A DNA stretch of 64,000 nucleotides from Patescibacteria group bacterium (GCA_028714495.1 JAQTMH010000001.1:179814-243813); one strand, 5' to 3'. Shown: positions 11,499 through 22,141, numbered from the stretch's first letter. The notes: generated by a model from the sequence alone, not told the origin. Made by a program: numbers and translations.

Positions 11499-11987
11499 AT
11501 GGAAATACTCAATTTTCTCCTCGTCGTTATCACCGCCCTGCTTATGGTAGTGGGGTTTTTGGGTACAATATTTCCGAGCATGCCCGGCTTGCCTTTGCTT
11601 TGGAGCGTCGTGGTAATTTACGCGTTAGTTACCGATTTTCAAAAAATCAATATTAATTTTCTTATCTTTACCACCTCACTGGTGGTATTGGTATTTTTTC
11701 TCGATTTTATCGCCAGCATCAGAGGTACGCGCAAGCTTGAGGCAAGTTTTTGGGGCGTGGGCGGCGCGCTGGCTGGTGGGGTTGTCGGCGCCGGTTTTAA
11801 TTCCCTGCCTGTCTTAGTCATTTTGCCGGTGGTTGGCGCTGTAATCGGCGAGCTTATTTCCGGCCGAGATGCGATTTACAAGATTGAAACCGAGGAATAC
11901 CATTTGGTCGGGTTTGTCGGCGGCACTATCGTGAAAGTGGCTGTGGGTGTCACTTTGATCGGCCTCTTCCTGTATAAAGTGCTGTAA
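11499..11987 (+). CDS. DUF456-like membrane protein
   Basis: G.I.P..PG.PL motif and glycine-rich TM helices. Confidence 0.75.
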   Translation: MEILNFLLVVITALLMVVGFLGTIFPSMPGLPLLWSVVVIYALVTDFQKININFLIFTTSLVVLVFFLDFIASIRGTRKLEASFWGVGGALAGGVVGAGFNSLPVLVILPVVGAVIGELISGRDAIYKIETEEYHLVGFVGGTIVKVAVGVTLIGLFLYKVL

Positions 11988-12051
11988 ATTCAACTAGCAA
12001 TTAATTATCCAAAAGCTGATTTATTCATGGCTTTTTTTATTTGGATCCATG

Positions 12052-12148
12052 GAAGAAATTCAGAATTCAGAATTAAGAAGTAATAATTATTGAAGTCCCG
12101 CAACGGGACAACCGACCTTCTTCCTTCTGCATTCTGAATTATAAATTG
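12052..12148. repeat. AT-rich palindromic element built from AATTCAG heptamers, copy 1
   Basis: GAAGAAATTCAGAATTC...AGAAGTAATAATTATTGAA...TTCTGAATTATAAATTG shared with 14134-14246. Confidence 0.8.
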
Positions 12149-12281
12149 TGTTCATTGGTCATACCAAGTTCCGCCCTTGGGGGATATTTGACCCCTTGTT
12201 TTATTTTTGTTAAGCTTTGGCCGATGTTGCACTCGAATGGTCATTGAAATAAAGGCGTCTTCAACAAAAAGGGGGTAGCCA

Positions 12282-13172
12282 ATGGGTTTCAGAGAACGAC
12301 TGGAACAGGCCTGGGCTCTGCAAAACAGTTTGGTCTGCGTCGGGCTGGACACCGATGTCCGGAAAATACCACTTCATCTTCGCGACCGGCCAGAGCATCT
12401 GGCAGTGCGCCGATTCAACGAAGACATTGTCAGGGCCTGCGCGCCATACTGTTCCGTGTTCAAGCTTCAGTTTGCCTTTTATCTCGAGGCTGGTCTGGTC
12501 CAAGTGGTGATCGACACCATCGCTTTCATCCGGCAGCACTACCCCAACCATGTGATCATTCTGGATGCCAAGTGGGGTGATGTGAAAGAAACGGCCAAGG
12601 CCTACCAGCGTTTTGGTAGCGGTCTCCTGAATTACGACGCAGTCACGCTCTGGCCAGGTACTGGTTCAGAATCAATGCGCCCCTTCTTCGATGATCCCGA
12701 GCACGGCGCCATCTTCGTCTGCCGGACTTCCAACCCAGGTAGCCCGGAACTACAGGATGCCCCTGTTTTCATTGGCTATGACGACGGCACCAGGGCCGCG
12801 AAAACCGAACCCTACTGGTTCTGGCAGGGCAAGCAAATTGCCCACTGGAATCAGCATGGCAATGTCGGACTGGTCATGGGCGCCACCTTCCCGGGCGAAC
12901 TCCGGCAGATGCGCGAAGCCGTGGGTGATGATATGTTCTCCCTGAATCCCGGCATTGGCGCACAAACAAAAGAGCAAGGAATCGAAAACCCAATCCAGGC
13001 CGCAGTCGAAGCCGGCCAGGACTCGAGTGGAAAAGGTATGATCATTAATTCCTCGCGCGGCATCATCTTTGCCTCTTCAGGTGAAGACTATGCTGAAGCC
13101 GCAGCTCGGGAAACCGAACGGCTCCGCGATGAGATCAACCGCTTCCGTATCCGACAGGAGGTGACTCGATGA
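12282..13172 (+). CDS. pyrF: orotidine-5'-phosphate decarboxylase (subfamily 2)
   Basis: SLVCVGLD, ILDAKWGD, CRTSNP, GLVMGAT, PGIGAQ, INSSRGII. Confidence 0.93.
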   Translation: MGFRERLEQAWALQNSLVCVGLDTDVRKIPLHLRDRPEHLAVRRFNEDIVRACAPYCSVFKLQFAFYLEAGLVQVVIDTIAFIRQHYPNHVIILDAKWGDVKETAKAYQRFGSGLLNYDAVTLWPGTGSESMRPFFDDPEHGAIFVCRTSNPGSPELQDAPVFIGYDDGTRAAKTEPYWFWQGKQIAHWNQHGNVGLVMGATFPGELRQMREAVGDDMFSLNPGIGAQTKEQGIENPIQAAVEAGQDSSGKGMIINSSRGIIFASSGEDYAEAAARETERLRDEINRFRIRQEVTR

Positions 13173-13894
13173 CCAAAGAACAAGTGCTGGCAATCCACGA
13201 TGTGGCTGGTTTGCGTCAACTCGGTCCTTGCAACTTCATGGATCGGGACATGACCGTCGAGGAGTTCCGGCATATCGCCGAACTCTGCGGCGCGTTCTGG
13301 ATCAGGCCGGATGTCCGAGATCCAAACATTCCACACGCTCTCTTGACCAAAGGTGGGCACAGCGACGGATTCGTGAACACCTTGGTCGTACTGTCCTACA
13401 CCAATCTCTGCCACATCCTAGCTCATCAGCTGGTGAATCGGATTCGCCGTGTCTATGATGGTCCAGTCGGCTGGGTCGTCGGCTCTGACCATGCTGGCGC
13501 CGCTTTTTCGCACAGCGTCGCTTTCATCCTTGGCGCCCGGCACGATTTTACCGAGAAAGGACCAAATGATACCCAGATCTGGAAACGCTTCCAGATCCTA
13601 CCTGGTGAAGTCGTACTCCAGGTCGAAGAACTGATGACCAGTTCCGGCACCCTGATGGCTGTCAGAAACGGCATCCGAGCGGGGAATGTTGAGCCGGTTA
13701 CCTTCGCTCCAGTGGTGGGTGTACTCGTCCACCGCTCTACAGTGTACGAAATCGAAGACGGGCCAGTAATCAGCGCCTTCCACTACGACATGACCAACTG
13801 GACGCAAGAAGAGTGTCATCTCTGCCCGATCGGCTCCGAAGCTCTGCCTCCCAAGGCGATCTGGGAGCAATTCGTTGCCAAGGGGAAGCCTTGA
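13169..13894 (+). CDS. pyrE: orotate phosphoribosyltransferase-like protein
   Basis: H.LLT.GGHSD.F, PRPP-loop-like VEELMTSSGT, C-terminal C.LC..GS; overlaps the pyrF stop. Confidence 0.8.
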   Translation: MTKEQVLAIHDVAGLRQLGPCNFMDRDMTVEEFRHIAELCGAFWIRPDVRDPNIPHALLTKGGHSDGFVNTLVVLSYTNLCHILAHQLVNRIRRVYDGPVGWVVGSDHAGAAFSHSVAFILGARHDFTEKGPNDTQIWKRFQILPGEVVLQVEELMTSSGTLMAVRNGIRAGNVEPVTFAPVVGVLVHRSTVYEIEDGPVISAFHYDMTNWTQEECHLCPIGSEALPPKAIWEQFVAKGKP

Positions 13895-14133
13895 GCTCTG
13901 TTAACTTCATTAGCCTATAGGGACAATTCCTGTCTTTATAGGCTATTTTTTATTTGCCTAGAGTTAATACAAGTAACGAATAATAGAAAATAATTTGGCA
14001 ATTATATCTTCAAATCCACCGCAAATAACCCGCCGTAAGCCCCAGATATTACCCAGCATGCAATAAGCTAGTTAAAAATGAAAATTGATAATGCTAATTA
14101 AATGCCAACCGGAGGCGGGTATTTGGGCCAACT

Positions 14134-14246
14134 GAAGAAATTCAGAATTCATCCCCGACTAGATCAGGGATCAGAAGTAATAATTATTGAACCCGCCTAT
14201 GGCGGGATACCTTCATTCTTACTTCTGAATTCTGAATTATAAATTG
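14134..14246. repeat. AT-rich palindromic element copy 2, carrying an extra inserted hairpin (ATCCCCGACTAGATCAGGGAT)
   Basis: direct repeat of 12052-12148. Confidence 0.8.
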
Positions 14247-14738
14247 GTACTAGATAAACTCATTTGATCCTAAACAATAAATTTTATTACCTAATCTTAG
14301 CCAAAATACCCTGTTGATAACTTATTGGCTCTAGGCATTGACAATTTGTCCGACATCTTCTATGCTTGGGGGCTTAGAAGACAAAACAAAATCTTTACAA
14401 TATAATATTAATAGTATCCGTGAGGCGATGAACTGCAGCCTGAATCTGGTCGCTTTCCCCCTAGAGTTTATTAAACTTTTGGGGGCGGGCTGCGGGGAGC
14501 TAGTAGCGAAACCGACATGGCGGAGGAAGTCCTTCGATACCAAAAACTGCCGCCGCCTCACGCCCAAGAGGCGTTTTTTGTTGGCCTGACCTTATTACCG
14601 GTTGCCTTTAGTGAAATACCTAAAGACAGCCGGTTTGTAAGGTTACTAAGCTCTTTGACAACACGGTGTAAGCGGAACAAAACGCCGAAATACAGCGCGA
14701 AGTTGTTTTCGGGGTTACCACAAAAAGGAGGACCGGTC

Positions 14739-15452
14739 ATGAAGCGCCTGTTTGTATTCTGTTTGGTGTTGACGTCCGTTCTGCTGGCCACGACGGCGAG
14801 TGGAGCGGATCGAGCCTTGGTTGAACGTACGCTGGTCTGGGTGGAGGGCAATCCCATTCCGCCGGACAGCACGCTCAATTCGTCAGGCTATCAATGGGGT
14901 GTTGCTCAAGACTCCCTGATTACCGTCAACGGATTCGTTGCCCAGGTTGCGCGCAAGCCGCCGGTAAAGGCCAAGGTGTATGCTGACACGCCCTACGGCC
15001 GTATGTGCGAGCGGGCTTTTGCCGCGGCAGTTTCGGCACGGGACCAGGGCAAGAACGATTGGGAAGCCGCTCAGGCTGGCGCGGCGGTCATGGAGAACGA
15101 ACGCAGCTTAGTCCGCTCAGCCAGTGTGATCGAGGGTGGATGGGAAGTCGAGTACACCAACGGCGAATCCGAATCATTCGAGCTGGGTCCGCCCGAGAAC
15201 AGAGGATCGCAAACGCCCCAAGAGAAGGCGGCGTTCTACCAGGAAGTTACCGACCAGGGCAAAATGATTGTGCTCGCATGGAATGGGGAGTGCAGATGGT
15301 TTCTGACACCGGCCAGCAGGGTGCTGTGGAACGAGCAGATTCTACGAGTATGGGACAACGAGCCGAACCCGCCTGGCCCTATGCCGCCACAGTTGGTGAG
15401 CCTGTTCTGTGATCCTACGCCCCTCAACCGCGAGAGCCACAAGGAGGAGTAA
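14739..15452 (+). CDS. secreted hypothetical protein
   Basis: MKRLFVFCLVL signal peptide after AAGGAGG. Confidence 0.75.
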   Translation: MKRLFVFCLVLTSVLLATTASGADRALVERTLVWVEGNPIPPDSTLNSSGYQWGVAQDSLITVNGFVAQVARKPPVKAKVYADTPYGRMCERAFAAAVSARDQGKNDWEAAQAGAAVMENERSLVRSASVIEGGWEVEYTNGESESFELGPPENRGSQTPQEKAAFYQEVTDQGKMIVLAWNGECRWFLTPASRVLWNEQILRVWDNEPNPPGPMPPQLVSLFCDPTPLNRESHKEE

Positions 15453-15455
15453 GCC

Positions 15456-18284
15456 ATGAAGATCTCATTGATCTTGCTTGCGCTCCTTCTGATGTTCGGT
15501 TCAGCGGGAGCGACCAACCGCGATCCGGTCGGATCCTCGGCACTCCAGTATCATCCCTACGAATTTGGACTTGGGTGGGACGGACAGGAGTTCATCAATC
15601 TGGCGATTTCACAGGGACGAGACGCCATAGACTTCCATAACACCAGCGGAGGAAGCCAGATCCCGCAATGTGGTCTCGATCTGTTCAAGTGGTACCTAAA
15701 CGGCGGTCAAAGCGGATTCCGCGCGATTATCGAGGTGAGTACTCACGGCAACTCAAACCAGGCGACACATGAGGCCTTCCGCGACTCTACGAACAGAGAA
15801 ACCGCCTGGACATACCACTTACAGAACGGCTGGAGCACGACTGAGATCATCAGAACACAGTCGGTTGACGGCTATGGTATCGGCATCAAGGCGCCGGCCT
15901 TAGCCAGCCTATTCGACGGCGGCCACCAGGAGCTGGTCATCTATCACTCCTGCCATGCCTATGACTGGTTGAACACCGGGTACAACGATGCTCGGTGCGA
16001 GATCGGCTGTGTGGATTCAGACAACTGCCTGGTCAGTTACTTCTTGACACTGTTCAACCGGTTGGATGGACAGGAAGGACTGGAAAAGCGGGCGGTCAAT
16101 CAAGCGCTGTCTGGCTTAACATACCTCGGGTATCAGGGGAATGGCGAGACTGTGCTGGCCGCTTGCGTAACCAATGTCCTTCCGGCAGCCGGAACCGTGC
16201 TCACGGGAAACACTCAAGCAACTGTGTCTTTCGACACCGAGATGGACAATGATTTGTCATTCCGCTGGCCAGTAGTGATCGGAGACAATGCCCTAGTTGA
16301 TAATGTTGTTTGGTATCCGGACTACCTTGAGTTCACGCTGATACCCTATCGCGTCGGGCCAGTGACAGTTGAAATCCAGGCCTTGAGCAAGGGTGTAAAC
16401 GAACTGGATGGAAATCAAGTGCCGGTCGGTACGAACGGACAGGGTCCCAGCGAAGATCACTATGTGTTTTCGCTGACCAGCGCCGTCGATAACCCGAACA
16501 CTGCGGTGAGCTTTGAAGGCGCCGGAGCTTTCTCGGCCGAGGACGGCACCCACGTCTGGTGGGTAACCGATCCTGAGCTGGGTTCGCAACAGTTCGAAGT
16601 GTACGGCGGCGTAAACCGGTCACAACTCCTGGCTTCAGTGCCGGCGAGCGGCGGACCGGACCGGTCGTACTTCTACGAACTGGTCGTGCCGCCAAGCGAG
16701 TCGTATGAGGTGGTTGAGATCGACAATGATCCAACCACTGAATACTCGACCCGGCCGTTCTATCCGAGCGGCCCACCCGCGAACCTGGACCTTCTGCGCT
16801 CCATGAATGCCAAGTACGGCACGTGGACGCCCTGGGTATGGGAGGAGGGCGGACGGGATAACCCCATCTATGAACCGACCAACTTCGTCTACTACTCATC
16901 TCGGTCCGACTTTCTCGATCTCTGCCAGCCGGTCATCGACTGGTGGGAGGGCAAAGGTTTCACGTCGCAGGTAGTGACGGGAACCGAAAACCCCTACGAC
17001 TGCCAAGCGGTAGCAGAAGCTGTGTATAACGCGGCGATTGAGCATGAACTTCCCTGGCTGCCGTTTCTGGTGATCGTGGGCGAGGCCAACCAAGGGTCAG
17101 TCCCGGCTTACAATATAGTCGGGACAATCTACGTGGATGACGAAGACGATCAGTGTTACTGGTCAAGCTGCGCTTCTGATGCCAGCATCGTCGAGTTCGA
17201 TGGAGATAAGATCCCGAACATGCCGTGGAGTAGAGTGCCCGTTCACACGACCACGGAGCTGCAGTATGAAGTTACCTCGACCATGGAGTATTACGGACGG
17301 CTCCGGCCACAATCTCTGAGGGCAGTCATCTTCGACGGCGACCTGAACCCCAGCTGCAATCAGATGATCGAGCCGCGGGCCACGCTGACCATGATCCAAA
17401 CCCAGCTTGAAGCCGCAGGCATATCGACTGTGATGCTGAACGATTCTGACATTGAAGACTGCGGCGACATGGAAACACGGCACGACTGGGCTTGCGCGGA
17501 AATCAACGCCGGCATCACCGAACTGCTAGGCAATGGGTTTGGCACGAGCCGGTCGATTCTGCCAGGCTATTTCCAGGAAAAGATGTTCAATCCGGTCTTT
17601 ACCATGGCGGACCTGCCACGGTTGCAACGGATCGTGGTCGAATTTCCGGGTTGTGGCATGGGTGACATAGACCGGGACAATCCCTCCTATTACCCGTCCA
17701 TACCAAAGATGTATCTGACCGCGAATCCGGCCAACGGGACAACAGCAGTTGCCTGGATATCGCATTCCCGCGGCGGCCTACAATCTCTGCATCTGGCATT
17801 GGCTCGCGCCTATTTCGAGCAACGTGTTCGGTACCTGTATCGAACCGTGCAGGAAAACAACTTCCGGGCAATCCGACAGCTGGGTACGGAAAATCCGGCT
17901 GCTCGTGACTATCTCTTGATGGCCGGCGCCTATGGTTTCCCGGCGCGCATCGTCGAGATGTACGAAGCAGGAGCAACGCCGGAAACGGTTGCGGCCGATA
18001 TTCCGACCGGCTTGAGCATTAGTCCGAATCCGGTAGTCAGCAGCCTCAGCCATCTGTCTTTCGGGATGAAGGGCTATGGCCGCGTCGATCTGAAGCTCTA
18101 TGATATTCAGGGACGCTGTCAGCGGACCCTGGCTGACCGAGTTGTTCTTGAGCCCGGACTACACCGTATCGCGTGGGATGGACGCGACGACGCGGGTCGA
18201 TTGCTGTCAGCTGGCGTATACTACGCCCGGCTGTCGGTCAACCGGCATGATCGCGCGGCGGCGAAATTCGTGCTCGTGCGCTAG
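15456..18284 (+). CDS. large secreted protein with gingipain/C25-like region and C-terminal FlgD-Ig (T9SS-sorting-like) domain
   Basis: signal peptide; FLVIVGE, SDA..V..DGD.IP.MPWSRVP; SPNP..LKLYDIQGR..RTL..WDGRDD.GR..SAGVYY.RL. Confidence 0.75.
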   Translation: MKISLILLALLLMFGSAGATNRDPVGSSALQYHPYEFGLGWDGQEFINLAISQGRDAIDFHNTSGGSQIPQCGLDLFKWYLNGGQSGFRAIIEVSTHGNSNQATHEAFRDSTNRETAWTYHLQNGWSTTEIIRTQSVDGYGIGIKAPALASLFDGGHQELVIYHSCHAYDWLNTGYNDARCEIGCVDSDNCLVSYFLTLFNRLDGQEGLEKRAVNQALSGLTYLGYQGNGETVLAACVTNVLPAAGTVLTGNTQATVSFDTEMDNDLSFRWPVVIGDNALVDNVVWYPDYLEFTLIPYRVGPVTVEIQALSKGVNELDGNQVPVGTNGQGPSEDHYVFSLTSAVDNPNTAVSFEGAGAFSAEDGTHVWWVTDPELGSQQFEVYGGVNRSQLLASVPASGGPDRSYFYELVVPPSESYEVVEIDNDPTTEYSTRPFYPSGPPANLDLLRSMNAKYGTWTPWVWEEGGRDNPIYEPTNFVYYSSRSDFLDLCQPVIDWWEGKGFTSQVVTGTENPYDCQAVAEAVYNAAIEHELPWLPFLVIVGEANQGSVPAYNIVGTIYVDDEDDQCYWSSCASDASIVEFDGDKIPNMPWSRVPVHTTTELQYEVTSTMEYYGRLRPQSLRAVIFDGDLNPSCNQMIEPRATLTMIQTQLEAAGISTVMLNDSDIEDCGDMETRHDWACAEINAGITELLGNGFGTSRSILPGYFQEKMFNPVFTMADLPRLQRIVVEFPGCGMGDIDRDNPSYYPSIPKMYLTANPANGTTAVAWISHSRGGLQSLHLALARAYFEQRVRYLYRTVQENNFRAIRQLGTENPAARDYLLMAGAYGFPARIVEMYEAGATPETVAADIPTGLSISPNPVVSSLSHLSFGMKGYGRVDLKLYDIQGRCQRTLADRVVLEPGLHRIAWDGRDDAGRLLSAGVYYARLSVNRHDRAAAKFVLVR

Positions 18285-18382
18285 TATTGGACCTTCAATC
18301 AGTGCCGTTCTTCGCTTGATGGGAGAACGGCCTTTATCTGAAAGTCTAATAATTATCCAAACTAGGAAAGGGGGTGACATAC

Positions 18383-18592
18383 ATGAAACGTTTTAATCAC
18401 ATATTACTATGGGGAATAATGATAGTAATAGAAGCGATTGTACTAAGTGTGGTTTTTTTTAGCGTAAAACCGAAACCGGTTGCTGCGCAGGGATCGGTCG
18501 TTGTAATAGACACTTGGGGATGCGCAAAGTGGTGTATGACACAGCCAGATCCTTGGGTTTGTATCGAGCGAAACTGCACAAAAGGGGAATAG
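18383..18592 (+). CDS. small secreted Cys-containing hypothetical protein
   Basis: GGGGGTG upstream; hydrophobic N-terminus; four Cys at the C-terminus. Confidence 0.45.
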   Translation: MKRFNHILLWGIMIVIEAIVLSVVFFSVKPKPVAAQGSVVVIDTWGCAKWCMTQPDPWVCIERNCTKGE

Positions 18593-18802
18593 TAATGAGT
18601 GGGTAGTTAAGCATTTGTCTTAAACACTAGGGGCATGGGAGGGAAGGCAATCTTACACAAAAATATCCATCAACCATAAAAACCGTTCATTATTGGACGG
18701 TTTTTTGGTTGGCAAAGCTCACCTTGATTTATTGCTCAAAAACCATTACAATATCTATTGTGAATCCTGAAGTATTGTTCAAAAAATAGTCTCTGTTTTT
18801 TT

Positions 18803-21478
18803 ATGCATCTCCAGAAAATAGATATCCAGGGCTTTAAATCGTTCGCCAACAAAACCTCGATGGAATTCAATCGCGGAATTGCTGCTATTGTCGGGCCAAA
18901 CGGCTCGGGCAAATCAAACGTGGCCGACGCCATCCGCTGGGTCATGGGCGAGCAAAGTTTGAAGATCCTCCGCGGCAAAAAATCCGAGGATGTCATATTC
19001 TCCGGCTCAGACAAGAAGGCCCGTCTGGGCATGGCCGAAGTCACCCTACATATTAACAATGAGGACGGAGCCATGCCGATTGATTATCCCGAAGTGGCTA
19101 TCACGCGCCGGGTTTATCGGAACGGCGAGGCTGAATATCTTTTGAACAAACAGCGAGCCCGGCTTCAGGATATCATTTTGCTCTTGGCTAAATCTAACTT
19201 CGGCCAGCGGAGTTACTCGGTCATCGGCCAAGGAATGATCGATTCCATTCTGACTTCCAGTCCGCAGGAACGGAAGGATTTTTTTGACGAGGCGGCTGGC
19301 GTCCGACAGTTCCAAATCAAGCGCGAACAGGCCGAACAAAAACTCGAACGAACCAAAGACAATCTGCGGCAAGCCGATCTCCTGATGCAGGAAATCGAGC
19401 CGCGCCTGCGCTCCCTCACCCGCCAGGTTCGCCGCCTGGAGCGCCGGGAAACAATCGAGAGCGAGCTGCGAACCATCCAAAAGGAATACTATTCAAATCT
19501 CTGGAAAGAAATATCTGACGAACTGTCAAAAGTGCAAAATGAACAGTCAACCGCCAACCAAAAACATCAGCAGGCAGCCGCCAGCTTAAAAAAGGTGCAG
19601 CAGGAATTAGAAACGCTGGAAAAGGAAATTAGCCGGGAGGAGACATTTCGCCAACTTCAAAAAGAATACAACCGGATCCTGGACCAAAAAAATTCCCTGC
19701 TTCAAGACCAGGCCGTGCACAAAGCCCGTTGGGAGATCGAAGCGATCCAGGCCGGCGAGGTCAATCGCGTCTGGCTGGAGAAACGCATAGAGACTCTTAA
19801 CCGGCTGGCAAATGAAATTGTTGAGGATTTAAAACCGCTCCAGGCCAGCTTAATCGAAACTCAGAAAACGCTTGACGCAAAAAAGTCAGAGCAGGCAAAA
19901 ATTGTCAGTCAATTCGAGGAAATCGAAAAAAGATTGCTTCTGGCCAAAGAACGTCTGGAAAGCAAAAAGTCTATCGGCATGCCAGAAATCCAGGGACGCC
20001 TAACTGAGATCCAAAATAGCTACATTGAATTTATCGCCCGACTGGACCGTGCGACAACGCCTGAAGACGTGTCGAAGCTTAAACGCGCCGCCCGGGAAAT
20101 CCAGACTAATTTAAATAACTACATCAAAGAGCTCGGACGATCAGCGCCCGGCGCCACGCCGGAAGAGGTTTTAATACTGCAGAGCGAATTAACCAATTTT
20201 CTAAAAAGTAAGGACAGCTTAGTAAATGAAATAAACGAGTTGACTGTCAAACTGCGCACCCTCCAGGAAAAAGGCGGCCTTTTGCAAAACCAGCAAAACG
20301 AGGTTGAGGGCGAACTGAACCACCTGAAAAAAGAGATTGACCAGATTGACCAGCAGTCGAAATTGCCAGCCCAGGCTCGCGAATCCTACGAAAAAGACAG
20401 CGTGGAAATGGACCAACGTCTTCACGCGCTGGATCAGGAATTGAAAGTCGCTCGGGTAAAAATTACCGAATTTAACCAGGAAGAGCAAAAAAAGAAAGAT
20501 CATTTATTCAACCTTCAAAAAAGGTTCCGTGACGAGCAAAACAGCCTCAACGCCGTAACTCAAACACTGAATGAATTGCGCGTCAAACAGGTTAGGCTTG
20601 AAACCCGGCTCGACGATCTGGACCGGGAAATGAAAGAGGAAACGCCCGAGCCGATCCAGCAAGAAATAAAAGCTGATTTTGCCAAACTAATCGGCCAGTC
20701 TTCAAATTCTTTATTGCTAGATAAAATCCATCAACTAAAGCACCAGCTGGAGCTCACCGGAGGAATCGACGAGAACGTGACCGGTGAATATTCGCAAACA
20801 AACGAACGCTATACCTTCCTGAAAACCCAGTCGGATGATTTAAATAAAGCCATAATCTCTCTTGAGCAGGCTATCACCGATCTTGACGAAACCATCAAAC
20901 GCCAATTCGACGAATCGTTTCAAAAAATCAGCAAAGAATTTACAAAATATTTTAAAATGCTTTTCCGCGGCGGCAATGCCAAGCTGATTCTGCAGAAAAC
21001 CGATATTCTGGCCGAGGAAGAAAGCGACGACAATAGTGAAGACGAAGAAACGGAGGAGAAAGAAGAGGCTTCAGAGCCTGAACCGAAAAAAGTTATCGGC
21101 AAGGTTGTCTCAGGCATAGAAATCCAGGCTACTCCGCCGGGTAAAAGGCTCAGCAACGTCAATGTACTTTCCGGCGGTGAAAAAGCCCTCACTTCAATCG
21201 CCCTGATCTGCGCCATCATCGCCCATAATCCTTCGCCTTTCGTCGTTCTGGACGAAGTCGACGCCGCTCTGGATGAATCCAACTCAATCAAATTTTCAAG
21301 CATCCTTGACGAGCTTTCCCACAAAACCCAATTTATCACCATTACCCATAACCGCGCCACTATGTCAAAAGCCAATATCCTCTATGGCGTCACCATGCAG
21401 AGCGATGGGGTGTCAAAACTTCTCTCGGTTAAAATGGAGGAGGCAGAAGAGGTAATCAAACGGCATGGGAATAGGTGA
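18803..21478 (+). CDS. smc: SMC-family chromosome segregation ATPase, short and without a recognisable hinge
   Basis: GFKSF, GPNGSGKSN, IGQG, LSGGEK, LDEVDAALD, ITH; 891 aa. Confidence 0.9.
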   Translation: MHLQKIDIQGFKSFANKTSMEFNRGIAAIVGPNGSGKSNVADAIRWVMGEQSLKILRGKKSEDVIFSGSDKKARLGMAEVTLHINNEDGAMPIDYPEVAITRRVYRNGEAEYLLNKQRARLQDIILLLAKSNFGQRSYSVIGQGMIDSILTSSPQERKDFFDEAAGVRQFQIKREQAEQKLERTKDNLRQADLLMQEIEPRLRSLTRQVRRLERRETIESELRTIQKEYYSNLWKEISDELSKVQNEQSTANQKHQQAAASLKKVQQELETLEKEISREETFRQLQKEYNRILDQKNSLLQDQAVHKARWEIEAIQAGEVNRVWLEKRIETLNRLANEIVEDLKPLQASLIETQKTLDAKKSEQAKIVSQFEEIEKRLLLAKERLESKKSIGMPEIQGRLTEIQNSYIEFIARLDRATTPEDVSKLKRAAREIQTNLNNYIKELGRSAPGATPEEVLILQSELTNFLKSKDSLVNEINELTVKLRTLQEKGGLLQNQQNEVEGELNHLKKEIDQIDQQSKLPAQARESYEKDSVEMDQRLHALDQELKVARVKITEFNQEEQKKKDHLFNLQKRFRDEQNSLNAVTQTLNELRVKQVRLETRLDDLDREMKEETPEPIQQEIKADFAKLIGQSSNSLLLDKIHQLKHQLELTGGIDENVTGEYSQTNERYTFLKTQSDDLNKAIISLEQAITDLDETIKRQFDESFQKISKEFTKYFKMLFRGGNAKLILQKTDILAEEESDDNSEDEETEEKEEASEPEPKKVIGKVVSGIEIQATPPGKRLSNVNVLSGGEKALTSIALICAIIAHNPSPFVVLDEVDAALDESNSIKFSSILDELSHKTQFITITHNRATMSKANILYGVTMQSDGVSKLLSVKMEEAEEVIKRHGNR

Positions 21479-21612
21479 CCCATTGACAAGGCAACATCAA
21501 TTGTTTAATATCACTCTAGCCATCAATGTGCTCGATATAGCAATTCAAAATTAAAAACGCAAAATTAAAAACCTTCATTATTGAATTCTAAATTTTTAAT
21601 TTTACATTCATC

Positions 21613-22122
21613 ATGTTAATGCTTCGACTCTCACCAACCGGCAAACGCGGTCAGAAATTCTTCCGCCTGATTGTCTCAGAAAAAACCAAGGACGTCTTCG
21701 GCAAATACCTGGAGCTTTTAGGCAACTACAATAACCACAAGTCCCCGGCTGAAGCAAATCTGAAGGTTGATCGAATAAAATACTGGCTGTCCCAGGGCGC
21801 TCAGCCTTCCCCTACTGTCCATAATCTTCTGGTTGATCAAAAAATAATTACCGAACCAAAAGTCGCCGCCTGGAAACCGAAGAAGAAAAAGGACGAAGAA
21901 GGGGCACCCAGGGCTGAAGGTGATAAAAAACCCGAAGCTTCGGCTGAAGTCATAAAAGAAAAACCAGCTGAGGCTCCGGTCGAAACGCCAGCTGAAAAAC
22001 CAGAGCCTAAGCCGTCGCAAACAAAACCTGAAGCGCCAGCTGAAAAACCAGCGGAAAAGAAATCCGAGGCCCCGGTGGAAAAACCCACTGAGTCCGCTCC
22101 GGAAAAGTCGAAAAGTGAATAA
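21613..22122 (+). CDS. rpsP: 30S ribosomal protein S16 with Pro/Glu/Lys/Ala-rich tail
   Basis: LELLG.Y, RIKYWLSQGAQPS.TV.NLL. Confidence 0.95.
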   Translation: MLMLRLSPTGKRGQKFFRLIVSEKTKDVFGKYLELLGNYNNHKSPAEANLKVDRIKYWLSQGAQPSPTVHNLLVDQKIITEPKVAAWKPKKKKDEEGAPRAEGDKKPEASAEVIKEKPAEAPVETPAEKPEPKPSQTKPEAPAEKPAEKKSEAPVEKPTESAPEKSKSE

Positions 22123-22141
22123 CCGTTTGAATTTAAATAAT

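Noticed and set aside
14517-14738. N-terminal 74 aa of ORF 14517-15452
   Set aside because: A Shine-Dalgarno and signal peptide point to the ATG at 14739.
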